DNA of 64,000 nt from a virus: IMG/VR virus record IMGVR_UViG_3300021963_000074, positions 26,743 through 90,742 of that record. One strand, 5' to 3'. Positions 9,791 through 19,380 of the stretch are shown here, piece by piece. The notes under the pieces were generated by a model. That model ran no database searches. It saw only the letters and a program-made list of their open reading frames with translations, and had not been told where the DNA came from. The translations under genes were made by a program, and so were the position numbers. Positions within the stretch are counted from its first letter, which is position 1. Each line of letters begins with the position of its first letter.

Positions 9791-10309
9791 CTATTTTAAA
9801 AATTCATCTATTGATAAATCATAATGTATGCTATTTATTCTGTGGATCCCTATCAAATACAGAACATAACTGCTAACACTACTGCCCCTACCTACTCCCC
9901 AAACAATATTATGTTCACGCATCGTATCCACTAGATACTTGCAGTAACGCAATAGTGGGAACATATCACGTTCTAAAAATAGAATTAATTCACTTCCAGT
10001 TCGTTGTAGTTCTTCATCTGTTTTACACTTATCTAAAACATATTTGGCTATGTCTAACTCTTTGTATTCTTCGGGTACAAACCAGTTATTCTGATTTAGT
10101 GTATCAAATGTTTCAATATCTATATCTAACTCAGAGTATGTGACTAGATTTGGAAACACCATATCTATAGGTGATAGCAAATCTAACTCTGGGTTATTAA
10201 TAGGTGATTCTATGATTGCGTTTTTAACGATTATGGTAGGGTCAGCTAAAAAAATATGACATAGGTCATTTTCATTTAGAATTTGTCTACTGTACTTGTC
10301 AATTCGCAT
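9791..10309 (-). CDS. DNA polymerase III alpha (DnaE)-like N-terminal palm fragment
   Basis: WGVGRGSSVSSYVLYLIGIHRINSIHYDLSIDEFLK matches DnaE GPGRGSxAGSLVAYxLxITxxDPxxxxLLFERFL. Confidence 0.85.
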   Translation of the reverse strand: MRIDKYSRQILNENDLCHIFLADPTIIVKNAIIESPINNPELDLLSPIDMVFPNLVTYSELDIDIETFDTLNQNNWFVPEEYKELDIAKYVLDKCKTDEELQRTGSELILFLERDMFPLLRYCKYLVDTMREHNIVWGVGRGSSVSSYVLYLIGIHRINSIHYDLSIDEFLK

Positions 10310-10314
10310 ACACA

Positions 10315-10343
10315 ACTATAACACGTTTGTGTGTATGATGCAA
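10315..10343 (-). promoter_or_regulatory. Sigma70-type promoter, leaderless, inside an AUG-occluding inverted repeat
   Basis: TTGCAT-N17-TATAGT, 5 nt to ATG. CATACACA/TGTGTATG repeat at 10307-10337. Confidence 0.6.
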
Positions 10344-10346
10344 CCT

Positions 10347-10949
10347 CTATTTGTCCGTTTTCTCAAACGAGGCATACAATATTTCGGAAGCGTCAGAGGT
10401 AACTTTCTTGTCTTTCCAATTCAATGATATCTCATCCCAGTTGCTAACTGTTTTGGTTAACTTAACAATTTTCTTTTTGGATTTAATCATCTTGTTGGTT
10501 ATCTTTAAATTATTTTCACGCCACCAACCTTTAGTTCCGAAAGGACCTGTATTTTCTTCAATGCTATGTAAGCAACTTACACCATCACTCATTTTGCTTG
10601 TGATTTGGATATCATGTATTAACAATCTACCCTCAGTAATAGCATTTAACTTTACTAACAACATGATACCAATAATTTGATCGTATGGTTCTTCTGGTAG
10701 AACACATATCTTCAAACCTGCATCATTCAACTGTTCTATTATCTCTGTATTTTGGTCGTGAACAAATACAGCGTTTTCTAATACTACATGAATAAAGTAT
10801 TTTATTCTATCCAATGCTATGTTTTGTTCTTGGATAGATTCGGACTCTACAGTACAATTGATATCAATATCATAAATGTTCATGTAAAATTCATTTTCAT
10901 AATACATACCAGATACAAACTGGAAATCTTTTTGAATTCTAGCGGTCAT
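10347..10949 (-). CDS. Hypothetical protein, possible degenerate QueD/T-fold
   Basis: 200-aa ORF with QueD-like residue pattern but no Zn-binding histidines. Confidence 0.65.
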   Translation of the reverse strand: MTARIQKDFQFVSGMYYENEFYMNIYDIDINCTVESESIQEQNIALDRIKYFIHVVLENAVFVHDQNTEIIEQLNDAGLKICVLPEEPYDQIIGIMLLVKLNAITEGRLLIHDIQITSKMSDGVSCLHSIEENTGPFGTKGWWRENNLKITNKMIKSKKKIVKLTKTVSNWDEISLNWKDKKVTSDASEILYASFEKTDK

Positions 10950-11182
10950 TTATTGTCTTTGCTAATATTAATTTTGTTTCCTAAATTTTGCTTCTTATAG
11001 ACTTCATCTATACGTTTGCTATATTCTACTTTATAGCTTTCTAAAACCATAAGCATTTGCTGAATCATAGGTCCGTTCTGAGACCTATATACAAAATTTA
11101 GTTTTTTTGTTAAATCCTGAATGGTATTTTGCAATTCTTCAATTGTCTTACCACCTAGATCGTTAATGAAAGGATGTTGCAT
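10946..11182 (-). CDS. Hypothetical protein
   Basis: 78-aa ORF, ATG 5 nt after TATAAATA. Confidence 0.72.
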   Translation of the reverse strand: MQHPFINDLGGKTIEELQNTIQDLTKKLNFVYRSQNGPMIQQMLMVLESYKVEYSKRIDEVYKKQNLGNKINISKDNK

Positions 11183-11203
11183 TCACATATTTATATGTGA
11201 ATG
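11180..11203 (-). promoter_or_regulatory. T4-type late promoter in a 10-bp hairpin that covers the AUG
   Basis: CATTCACATA-TAAA-TATGTGAATG. Confidence 0.75.
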
Positions 11204-11215
11204 TATTGATGGAAA

Positions 11216-12016
11216 TTAAACTGCGGTTAGTGCCACTTTGCCCCAAATAGTAGAAGAACCATTATATGTACCTACGCACACATATAGATACGAACCGTCT
11301 GTGCAAATTTGACCAGGCCCATCTCCGGGTAATCCCAAACTTGTAGGTGCTCTAACTGGAATCTGACTTCCTTTTTGATTTCTATTTGTGGGTTGAACAT
11401 CTAATGTTGTTCCACAATCTAGGGTAGAGAAGTTATATGTTAACTTAGTTACTCCATTTGGTATTGAAACTACGTTAGTATATGTGGTACTAGGAGTCAC
11501 TGTACCATTTGAATAATAGTTTTCTAATAATCTAGCACTTGGTAACATACCAGCACTGACATTCCCACCTACATTTACAGTTGAACTAGGGAATGTAATA
11601 TACGCACTACTGTTAGCCACAGTTAACATCAATTGAACATTACTTTGTGTACCTGATGGGGCCCAACCACCAAATGAGATTGCTGTATTCTGCGTGATAG
11701 TTCCATACTGAACGTCGCCTTTACTCACATCAATAGTAACGGTACTCGGTAAATTACTTCCTAAGTTATAAGTTTTAGCACGGAAACCTTGAACGGCAGC
11801 ATTACTTATCAAAGTATTTGCCATATCATTATTCAATGTAGAATTTGTAAGTGCAGACTTTACAACTGCTTTAGATTGTAGGTCAGTTAACTCAGTACCA
11901 GCAGTATCTAGATTAGTTTTGATGCTGGTAAAATTATCTCTAAAACCCTGTGTGCTGTTGTTGACACCAGGTACTGGATAGGTAGTGTCAATTGAATTGG
12001 TGTTTATGTTGCTCAT
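11216..12016 (-). CDS. Virion structural protein (baseplate or fibre associated)
   Basis: T/S/N-rich, with a C-terminal GQICTDGSYLYVCV..W motif typical of fibre proteins. TAAATA upstream. Confidence 0.65.
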   Translation of the reverse strand: MSNINTNSIDTTYPVPGVNNSTQGFRDNFTSIKTNLDTAGTELTDLQSKAVVKSALTNSTLNNDMANTLISNAAVQGFRAKTYNLGSNLPSTVTIDVSKGDVQYGTITQNTAISFGGWAPSGTQSNVQLMLTVANSSAYITFPSSTVNVGGNVSAGMLPSARLLENYYSNGTVTPSTTYTNVVSIPNGVTKLTYNFSTLDCGTTLDVQPTNRNQKGSQIPVRAPTSLGLPGDGPGQICTDGSYLYVCVGTYNGSSTIWGKVALTAV

Positions 12017-12039
12017 TTTGTTATTCCGTTATGTATTTA

Positions 12040-14208
12040 TTACTCTATATTCTTAGGTAAAATAGTTTTTCTAGGAAATAGTACAGGAATGTCGTATACA
12101 TTCATTGGATCTGGTGTAGGATAACCTCCTGGAAATTCATTCCAATTCGGCTTAACTAATTTAACATTATAGTTAAAGGATGCGCTCTTGTCTATTATAA
12201 ATCTATCAACAGAGAAATCAATTTCATTTAGTCTATGAGTCCAATAATTATCTATTACATATTTTATCATTTCGCTTTTACCAGGTAAAGTATATGCTAT
12301 TACCCATGCTTGAACAAATCCTAAAGTATTCCCATCTGCCTGCTGTGAAGTCATCCATCTTGGTAATAAACCTTGATCGTCAGTATATTCTAAGTGATTG
12401 GTTAGTTCTACTCGCATGTTTGTTAAACTAGCCGGATATAAATCTCTGATATATCCCGGACTATAACTAGTATAAATGCTTTCATCAGTAGTATATTTGT
12501 TATCATTGGAAACGTAATACGGGCCTTGATCCATACTTATTTTTCTAGGCCACTGTATTTTAATAGGGATACTTACCCCTTCTGGGTTAATTAAGTCATC
12601 TATGATAGACGAATAAACTACTTCATATATAATTTCATTATTGCTATCCCTTGCTATAGCAGTTTTAATTTCACCTAATACTAATTTTCTGTTATAGTGA
12701 TTTTTTTGTATAGCATTAATATAATGTGATAGGTCAGTAGAATCTACACCGTATATATGTACATATTTTACTTCTGATGCTTTTCCAAAATAAGCATCAT
12801 CAGGTCTATATAAGAAATTAGTAGGTATTAATTGTTCATTGGTTAATAACGAATTTATAATTTGTCGTCCAGCTACATTTGGTGTAGCTTTTAGATATAT
12901 GTTATCTGTTGGGTTAGCAAATTTTTGATATACTGTTAATGTAAATTCTCTAGTAGACTGTACTACTGGAAACTGAGGATTATATGCCTGCACAGTAAAG
13001 GTGTATGTTGTCGAATCACCTTGCGATAATAAGGCACCTGTTGGTTGATAAGGTACTCTACCAGTTATTTGACCATTTTCTAATAAAGTTAGATTTGGTG
13101 GTAAACTTCCTGCCCTAAGGATATAACTTACATTTCTAACAGAAGTTGCTTCTAAGTATAGTTCGCTTATTGAACCATTATTTATAATACCTAAATCACT
13201 TGAAGTAGTCCAAACAATATCTTGTTCAATGTGGTTGGTTACTATCATTGTATAGGTTTCAAAACTGCTTCGTATACTAGGTATATCTTTTTTACATACT
13301 GCTATATCAAAGGTGTACTTACTTATAGAATTATTTGGTAGAATGGGTGTACCAGTTATCCAACCAGTATTCAAATCTCCAGTAAGTCCCGGAGGCAATA
13401 CACCATACAAATACGTTAATGTATTTTTATCAAAATCATGACCTAATATCTTAAATGAAAAATATTCATTTGCTCTTACTGTAGGTATTTTATTATCTTC
13501 CGGTAAGTAATATGTATAGTACGGATCATTAACATCTAATGGTAGTTGCAACGGAGTATTATTCAATATAACAGGCACTCTAGTGTTTGGTGGTCTATTG
13601 ATATTTTGATTTCTAACTACAATACTAAATGATTTGCTATCATTGCCTGCTTGACTAATTAATTGAACAGAAAAATTATAAGTCTCTGTAGTTGGGAAAC
13701 CTAAAGCTGTTAGGGGTGGAGTAGGATAACCTTGAATTAATCCTGCATTGCTCATATATAGACCAGGTGGCAGATTGCCAGATGATATTACTATCCCATA
13801 CTCATTTGTTGCAACAGGATTGTATACCTGTATTTGATAATTTACATACACACTATCAAGGGTATTCAATAATTGTCCATTTGGAGTAGTGATGTGTACT
13901 CCTTGTAAACCATACACTCTAATAGAAAATGTTCTATCACGTATATTACCAAAATTGTCAGTAGCACGAACAGTAAATGTATAAGTTGTTTCTACAATAA
14001 CATCTAATGGTTTGCCAGTAATATAGCCAGTATTATTTAACGTTACTAGATTTGATGTTATGCCAGGTGGCAATGTTCCATTAAGAAGCGTGTAAGTTAC
14101 TGATATACTAGGGGACACGGGTTGTGCAACTAACTGAACCCCTAAATCAAAACCTGCAGGGAATACGCCTAAATCTCCTGCAGGGGTAATCCATACTGGT
14201 TGTGCCAT
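12040..14208 (-). CDS. Baseplate wedge-like protein with Ig-like repeats
   Basis: Repeated GxLPPGL...G.I.G.P...Y.F.V units. Confidence 0.7.
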   Translation of the reverse strand: MAQPVWITPAGDLGVFPAGFDLGVQLVAQPVSPSISVTYTLLNGTLPPGITSNLVTLNNTGYITGKPLDVIVETTYTFTVRATDNFGNIRDRTFSIRVYGLQGVHITTPNGQLLNTLDSVYVNYQIQVYNPVATNEYGIVISSGNLPPGLYMSNAGLIQGYPTPPLTALGFPTTETYNFSVQLISQAGNDSKSFSIVVRNQNINRPPNTRVPVILNNTPLQLPLDVNDPYYTYYLPEDNKIPTVRANEYFSFKILGHDFDKNTLTYLYGVLPPGLTGDLNTGWITGTPILPNNSISKYTFDIAVCKKDIPSIRSSFETYTMIVTNHIEQDIVWTTSSDLGIINNGSISELYLEATSVRNVSYILRAGSLPPNLTLLENGQITGRVPYQPTGALLSQGDSTTYTFTVQAYNPQFPVVQSTREFTLTVYQKFANPTDNIYLKATPNVAGRQIINSLLTNEQLIPTNFLYRPDDAYFGKASEVKYVHIYGVDSTDLSHYINAIQKNHYNRKLVLGEIKTAIARDSNNEIIYEVVYSSIIDDLINPEGVSIPIKIQWPRKISMDQGPYYVSNDNKYTTDESIYTSYSPGYIRDLYPASLTNMRVELTNHLEYTDDQGLLPRWMTSQQADGNTLGFVQAWVIAYTLPGKSEMIKYVIDNYWTHRLNEIDFSVDRFIIDKSASFNYNVKLVKPNWNEFPGGYPTPDPMNVYDIPVLFPRKTILPKNIE

Positions 14209-14209
14209 A

Positions 14210-14836
14210 TTATCCGTGATGTTCTAATAAATCTAGTGCTAAGTGATAGTGATGTTTTCTATCTTCTAATCCAATAGTACCACCATTAATACGTTTGGTT
14301 AATGTTACAAAATCGTCCTTATCACAATATTGATTTAGATTATTATTATCCCAGAACCAACCAGCAGAACTAACTGCACCTGCCGGTGTTTCTAAATATG
14401 CAACAGTTTCTTCTATACTGATTCCCAAATCTTCTGCAAACTTTGTATAGTTAGCACGACCAGTCAATTGAATCAACCCACGACCACAGAATCTATATCC
14501 ATCGCCGCTAGCTTCATCACCGTTAGCCATACGATTTGCGTATACACGATTAGCAATCTTTTCTGGTTTGCGTTCATATTGTTTTGCTAAATCTTCTGTA
14601 GGGAAATACTTTTTAAAAGTCCCCATCAATCCTTTAGCACTGTAGTTTAGATTCTCTTTAACAAAGTTAAAGCCACCACTTTCATGTGCAGTTTGTGCTA
14701 CAAATGCTGCCGCACGATGCATGTTTACATACATATCGTAATATTCAGCTACTTCGTGTAAAGGTCCTGCATATAATTGCAATACGTTTACCTTTGTTTT
14801 TGGGCATAATTTTTGTAATAATTCTAATGTTATCAT
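14210..14836 (-). CDS. Glycoside hydrolase family 19 endolysin
   Basis: AQTAHESGGF, ENLNYS, GRGLIQLTG and INGGTIGL motifs. Confidence 0.92.
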   Translation of the reverse strand: MITLELLQKLCPKTKVNVLQLYAGPLHEVAEYYDMYVNMHRAAAFVAQTAHESGGFNFVKENLNYSAKGLMGTFKKYFPTEDLAKQYERKPEKIANRVYANRMANGDEASGDGYRFCGRGLIQLTGRANYTKFAEDLGISIEETVAYLETPAGAVSSAGWFWDNNNLNQYCDKDDFVTLTKRINGGTIGLEDRKHHYHLALDLLEHHG

Positions 14837-14845
14837 TGTATTTCC

Positions 14846-17800
14846 TTATCCATAAACTCCAACCATTGTGTACCATTGTGAGGTAGTGGCTGCTACTATC
14901 ATTAATCTTGCTCCTGCCCCTAATGGGAAAGATATATTGGTTGTTAAACCATCAATCTGTGATCCGTTTGCCGGAAACACTTTAAGAGTAGATGCTGTCG
15001 TATTAATAATAATAACTTGTTGACCAACTGTAGCTCCTGGCAATCTTACAGAATCATTAACTCCAGGATTAACAGTGCCTATAACATTGATTGATTTAGT
15101 TAATGCAGTAGCTCCTGCAAGTGTAGTTCCTGAAGCTGAAATTCCTGATTGAACACTAACTAATACTTTGCTAAATGTAGCATCTTGATCTGTTGCAGTT
15201 AATGCTCCAGATAATGTCAATCCAGTTAGTGTACCCGTACTTGTAATATTTGGTTGTGCAGCACTTGTTACTGTTGTTGAAATTAGTGCATTGGCTACTT
15301 GACCAACAATACTACCTGCTTGTAAGTTGGTTATACTAGCACCATTTCCACTAAACAATGTTGCAGTAAATGTGTTGCCACTAACATTACCAGTAGCACC
15401 TGCATTGATATCACCTGTAGTATTAATTGAACCTATGTTTGCAACACCTTGCAATATCATTTGTGTGCCAGATGTTCTTGCAAACCCACCTAGAGTTACT
15501 ACACCACTGGTGCTATTGTTATATGTAACGTGCGTAGTATTTGAACTAGCGACTGTTACTGTCCCATTAAACCCAGCTGGTGCTAAACCACTAACAATAA
15601 TAGTTGTTCCAGTTGGGAACGGTGGGATAGTTTGTGTCGTAGAGAAAGCTAAAGTTGCAACTGATCCATTACCACTAGAACCCGATGCTTGAATCTGTAC
15701 ATTATAACCAATATTTACAGCACCTGCTGTGGTTATACCTGCATTTGCTGTAACTCTATCCATTGATGCGTTACCACTAACTGATAGATAACCACGTGAT
15801 ATTAAATTACCACCGGAACTATCACCAGTGACGTTAGCAGAAGTAAGATTTGCATTTCCTATATTTGCGTTTGCGCCATTCAAGTTTAAGAAACCACTGC
15901 TACTCATTGTAATAAAGTTAGCAGTAGCCACATTTGATTGAAAACTTGCAGCCTCAAGATTTATTATACTAGCATTACCTCTAATATTTAAAGATGTTCC
16001 ACCTGTACGAATACGACCTAACGCACCAGAAGCACCTGAGGTAGTATCACTATATTTTACAAATCCTACGTTAGCTTCTGTTACTACGAATTCTCCATTG
16101 TACGCAGTTGTTGCTACACCACTAATGATTACGTTGCTTCCTACTGGGAAAGGAGGGAAACTCTGTGCAGAATAATTTGCAGTTACAACTGATCCAGTAC
16201 CAGCGATTGCAGTAAGACTTAAATTTGCACCTACAGTTAATGATGAACCAATAGTAGCATTCTGATTAATAGTTATTGTACCACTAGCAGATATATTTCC
16301 ACCTGCAGAAATATTTGTATTAGCAGTTAGATTACCTGCCGTAGTAGTACCAGTAACACTTAGAGTACTTTGTATTTCCATGCTCTGTGCATTTGCAATA
16401 CCATTAATCAACATTGCATTACTGTTTAATGTTCCAAAGTTAGCCGTAGCTGATTGAGCATTTAATGTTGCCCCTAGTACTTCAAGGCTAGACATAGTTG
16501 CATTACCTTGAACACGCAGTCCTAATCCACCTGTTATTATTCTTGCTGACGCTACACCACCAGTACCTGATGTACTACTTGTAAATGTAACCGCAGTGAG
16601 ATTTCCAGATACAGCAGTATATGTTCCGTTATAACCAGTTGTAGTTGTTACACCTGATATTACTACTGTCCCGCCAGCTGGGAAAGGTATAGTACTTTGA
16701 GAAGTAAATGTAACTGTTACTAGATTTGTTGGTCCACCTGTACCACTGATTGCTGATATTGCTAAATTTGCACCAACGTTAACGCTAGATGCAATACTTG
16801 CAGTATTTTGAATGACTAAAGAATTATTTGATACAATGTTTCCTATTGTAGCATTGCCTACTACTGTCAAGAATTGACCAATATTAGCATTTGCACTGGT
16901 CATATTTCCGATAACATTTAGTAGTTGTGATTCCATTCTGGTTGCACCAGTTAGTTCACCATTCAATGCAATAGCTGTAGTTTCTACTGAATTCAAATTA
17001 GCTACAGAGTTTACTCTTAATGTGCCGCCAGTTTCTAAATTGCCAGCTGTAACTTTGCCTGTAGCAGATATTAAACCCACTGATGTAATATTACCTAATG
17101 AAGTATTGCCGGCAGACAATGTGCCGGCAGTCGATAATGCGGCTGCACTTAATATATTTGCTGTTATATTTCCTGTAGTTGTCTCACCTAGTGTAGTAGT
17201 GCCGGCATTTAGTGCACCGCTTGTAGATAACCCAAGCGCACTAAAGTAATTTGCTGTTACATTACCTGTAGTAGTATCACCTAATGTAGTGGTACCCGCA
17301 GTCAATGTACCACTAGTAGATAGATTACCACCAGTTAAAGTACCAGTCGCACTTAATATATTTGCAGTTAATGTCCCTGAAACAAATGCATTTAATGTAT
17401 CAACATTACCAGTTGTAGTAATATTTGCACCAGACACGTTTCCGGTTGCAGATATATATGATCCTGCAGTAATAAATGTACTTGCAGCCATACTAGCACT
17501 TGTTGCTAATGTTGCGGCTGAAACAAATCCGCTAGTAGTTAAATTGCCTACGTTAGCATTACCGTCTACTCGTAATACACCACTAGCAACTAAGTTTGCA
17601 CCTTCAACGTTACCTGATACACTTACTATGGTACCATCAACCCTAGTAGTGGTTATATTTCCTACACTTGCATTACCAATTACGGTTAAGAATCCGTTTG
17701 TTACTATGTTGCCACCACCTCGTACTCTGCCTAATGTTACAACTGATGTAGTAATTGCACTAGTAACTGCTGCCGTAGATGTGGTACCTGCAAGAACTGT

Positions 17801-19282
17801 CCATACTCCGTTATAAGAAGTAGGAGACATACCAGTGACATTGATAGTTGTCCCAGTATCAAAAGGTATAATATCTTGTGTAGCAAAGTTTAAAATAAAT
17901 CTGTTAATACCGTATGTAACAGATGTAATTGCTAAGTTAGCACCAGAACTTACACCTGCACTAGTTGATACAATACCAACCGTGAATACATTAGCACCTA
18001 TAATATTACCTGATGCTGTTACTTGAGTAACTCCTAAATTACCTACGTTGGCATTTCCAGTTACTGACAATGCTCCGGATGTAGTAAGATTACCGCCAGA
18101 CACGTTACCTGAAATACTTAACAAGTTACTTGCTCTATTGAAAGTCAAGCCCGGAACTGCGGCTGCATTACCGTTATCGTTAAATGTAATTTGCCCGTCT
18201 GAACCCGGGGCCTGTAATGTAGCATCACCTGTTACCGTAACGCCGCCACCAGTAATTGTTGTTTGATTTACCCCTGAGCCAACTGTAATACTAGTAACCG
18301 CTAATGCACCAGCATCAATATCACCAACAACCGATAACGTTCCTCCTGTAGTTACATTGCCCACCACTGCTAAATCAGTCAATGGGCCTAAACTTGTAAC
18401 TAATGGTTGATTTGGAGTATTGATAGTACCAGTTAAATAAACGGCAGTTAAATTACCTACATTAATGTTGTTATTAACAACTACGCTTTGCATAACAACG
18501 GCGCCACCTGATTCTTCTATTGTTGCGCCACCTAATCTTAATGTATTTCCACTTAACCACAAATCTTTCCATCTTTGTGTTTCACTACCCAAATCATATT
18601 GATTATTTCCAGCTGGTACAAAGTTACCAGTTACATTACCACTAACCAATAAGTTGCCAGCAGTAATATTAGCACTATTAATATTACCAGTAACTGTAAT
18701 ATTACCACCATTAATAGTAGTTGAAGTAAGAGTACTAGCTACGGTTACGTTTGTAAAATTTATAGTAGTTGTGTTTGACCCAATAGTTTGAGAACCTAAG
18801 TACAATGTAGAGCCACTTAAGTATAAATCTCTCCAGCGATTAGTAGGAGTACCTAAATCATATGTTATATTTGCACTAGGTACTAATGCTGATGTTACAA
18901 AATTAGCTACATTTAAATTACTTGTGCGTACATTACCTGATAGATTTGCATTCCCCGTAGTAATAGTATTAGCTAAATTCAATACGAAAGGTGTGTTATA
19001 ACTTGAACTGGTCGCTGTATTACTTGTGGCAGCGCCAATGCCGACTAATAAGCTATTAGATGTATTAATACTAATATTAGGAAAAGAAGTTGTAATATAA
19101 ATATTACCAGTTGTTCTATTCTGTGCAAGTCCGGGACCTACTGTAACTTCTGACACACCTGAAGTTAATGTAGTGTTGTATAAATCTGAAAAGTTGTTTT
19201 GTATTTTTTGGAATGCCGCTCGAATTGGGTCCGCCGCTGGATCATTAGGGAAACTACCAAAATCAATAAATTGTTGGGCCAT
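14846..19282 (-). CDS. Long tail fibre-like protein
   Basis: 1478 aa with GN/T-rich beta repeats, YDLG..RW.DL.LSG modules and a baseplate-attachment-like N-terminus. Confidence 0.75.
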   Translation of the reverse strand: MAQQFIDFGSFPNDPAADPIRAAFQKIQNNFSDLYNTTLTSGVSEVTVGPGLAQNRTTGNIYITTSFPNISINTSNSLLVGIGAATSNTATSSSYNTPFVLNLANTITTGNANLSGNVRTSNLNVANFVTSALVPSANITYDLGTPTNRWRDLYLSGSTLYLGSQTIGSNTTTINFTNVTVASTLTSTTINGGNITVTGNINSANITAGNLLVSGNVTGNFVPAGNNQYDLGSETQRWKDLWLSGNTLRLGGATIEESGGAVVMQSVVVNNNINVGNLTAVYLTGTINTPNQPLVTSLGPLTDLAVVGNVTTGGTLSVVGDIDAGALAVTSITVGSGVNQTTITGGGVTVTGDATLQAPGSDGQITFNDNGNAAAVPGLTFNRASNLLSISGNVSGGNLTTSGALSVTGNANVGNLGVTQVTASGNIIGANVFTVGIVSTSAGVSSGANLAITSVTYGINRFILNFATQDIIPFDTGTTINVTGMSPTSYNGVWTVLAGTTSTAAVTSAITTSVVTLGRVRGGGNIVTNGFLTVIGNASVGNITTTRVDGTIVSVSGNVEGANLVASGVLRVDGNANVGNLTTSGFVSAATLATSASMAASTFITAGSYISATGNVSGANITTTGNVDTLNAFVSGTLTANILSATGTLTGGNLSTSGTLTAGTTTLGDTTTGNVTANYFSALGLSTSGALNAGTTTLGETTTGNITANILSAAALSTAGTLSAGNTSLGNITSVGLISATGKVTAGNLETGGTLRVNSVANLNSVETTAIALNGELTGATRMESQLLNVIGNMTSANANIGQFLTVVGNATIGNIVSNNSLVIQNTASIASSVNVGANLAISAISGTGGPTNLVTVTFTSQSTIPFPAGGTVVISGVTTTTGYNGTYTAVSGNLTAVTFTSSTSGTGGVASARIITGGLGLRVQGNATMSSLEVLGATLNAQSATANFGTLNSNAMLINGIANAQSMEIQSTLSVTGTTTAGNLTANTNISAGGNISASGTITINQNATIGSSLTVGANLSLTAIAGTGSVVTANYSAQSFPPFPVGSNVIISGVATTAYNGEFVVTEANVGFVKYSDTTSGASGALGRIRTGGTSLNIRGNASIINLEAASFQSNVATANFITMSSSGFLNLNGANANIGNANLTSANVTGDSSGGNLISRGYLSVSGNASMDRVTANAGITTAGAVNIGYNVQIQASGSSGNGSVATLAFSTTQTIPPFPTGTTIIVSGLAPAGFNGTVTVASSNTTHVTYNNSTSGVVTLGGFARTSGTQMILQGVANIGSINTTGDINAGATGNVSGNTFTATLFSGNGASITNLQAGSIVGQVANALISTTVTSAAQPNITSTGTLTGLTLSGALTATDQDATFSKVLVSVQSGISASGTTLAGATALTKSINVIGTVNPGVNDSVRLPGATVGQQVIIINTTASTLKVFPANGSQIDGLTTNISFPLGAGARLMIVAATTSQWYTMVGVYG

Positions 19283-19335
19283 GTCTATATCTACCTTATT
19301 AAGTATTTATCGTTTTTAAATTAGATGTAGCATCC

Positions 19336-19364
19336 AAAAAAATAGCCCGGCGAACCAGGCTATT
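19336..19364 (-). terminator. Intrinsic terminator
   Basis: AATAGCCTGG-TTCG-CCGGGCTATT followed by a T-run on the minus strand. Confidence 0.85.
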
Positions 19365-19380
19365 AAAAATACGGTTTTTA

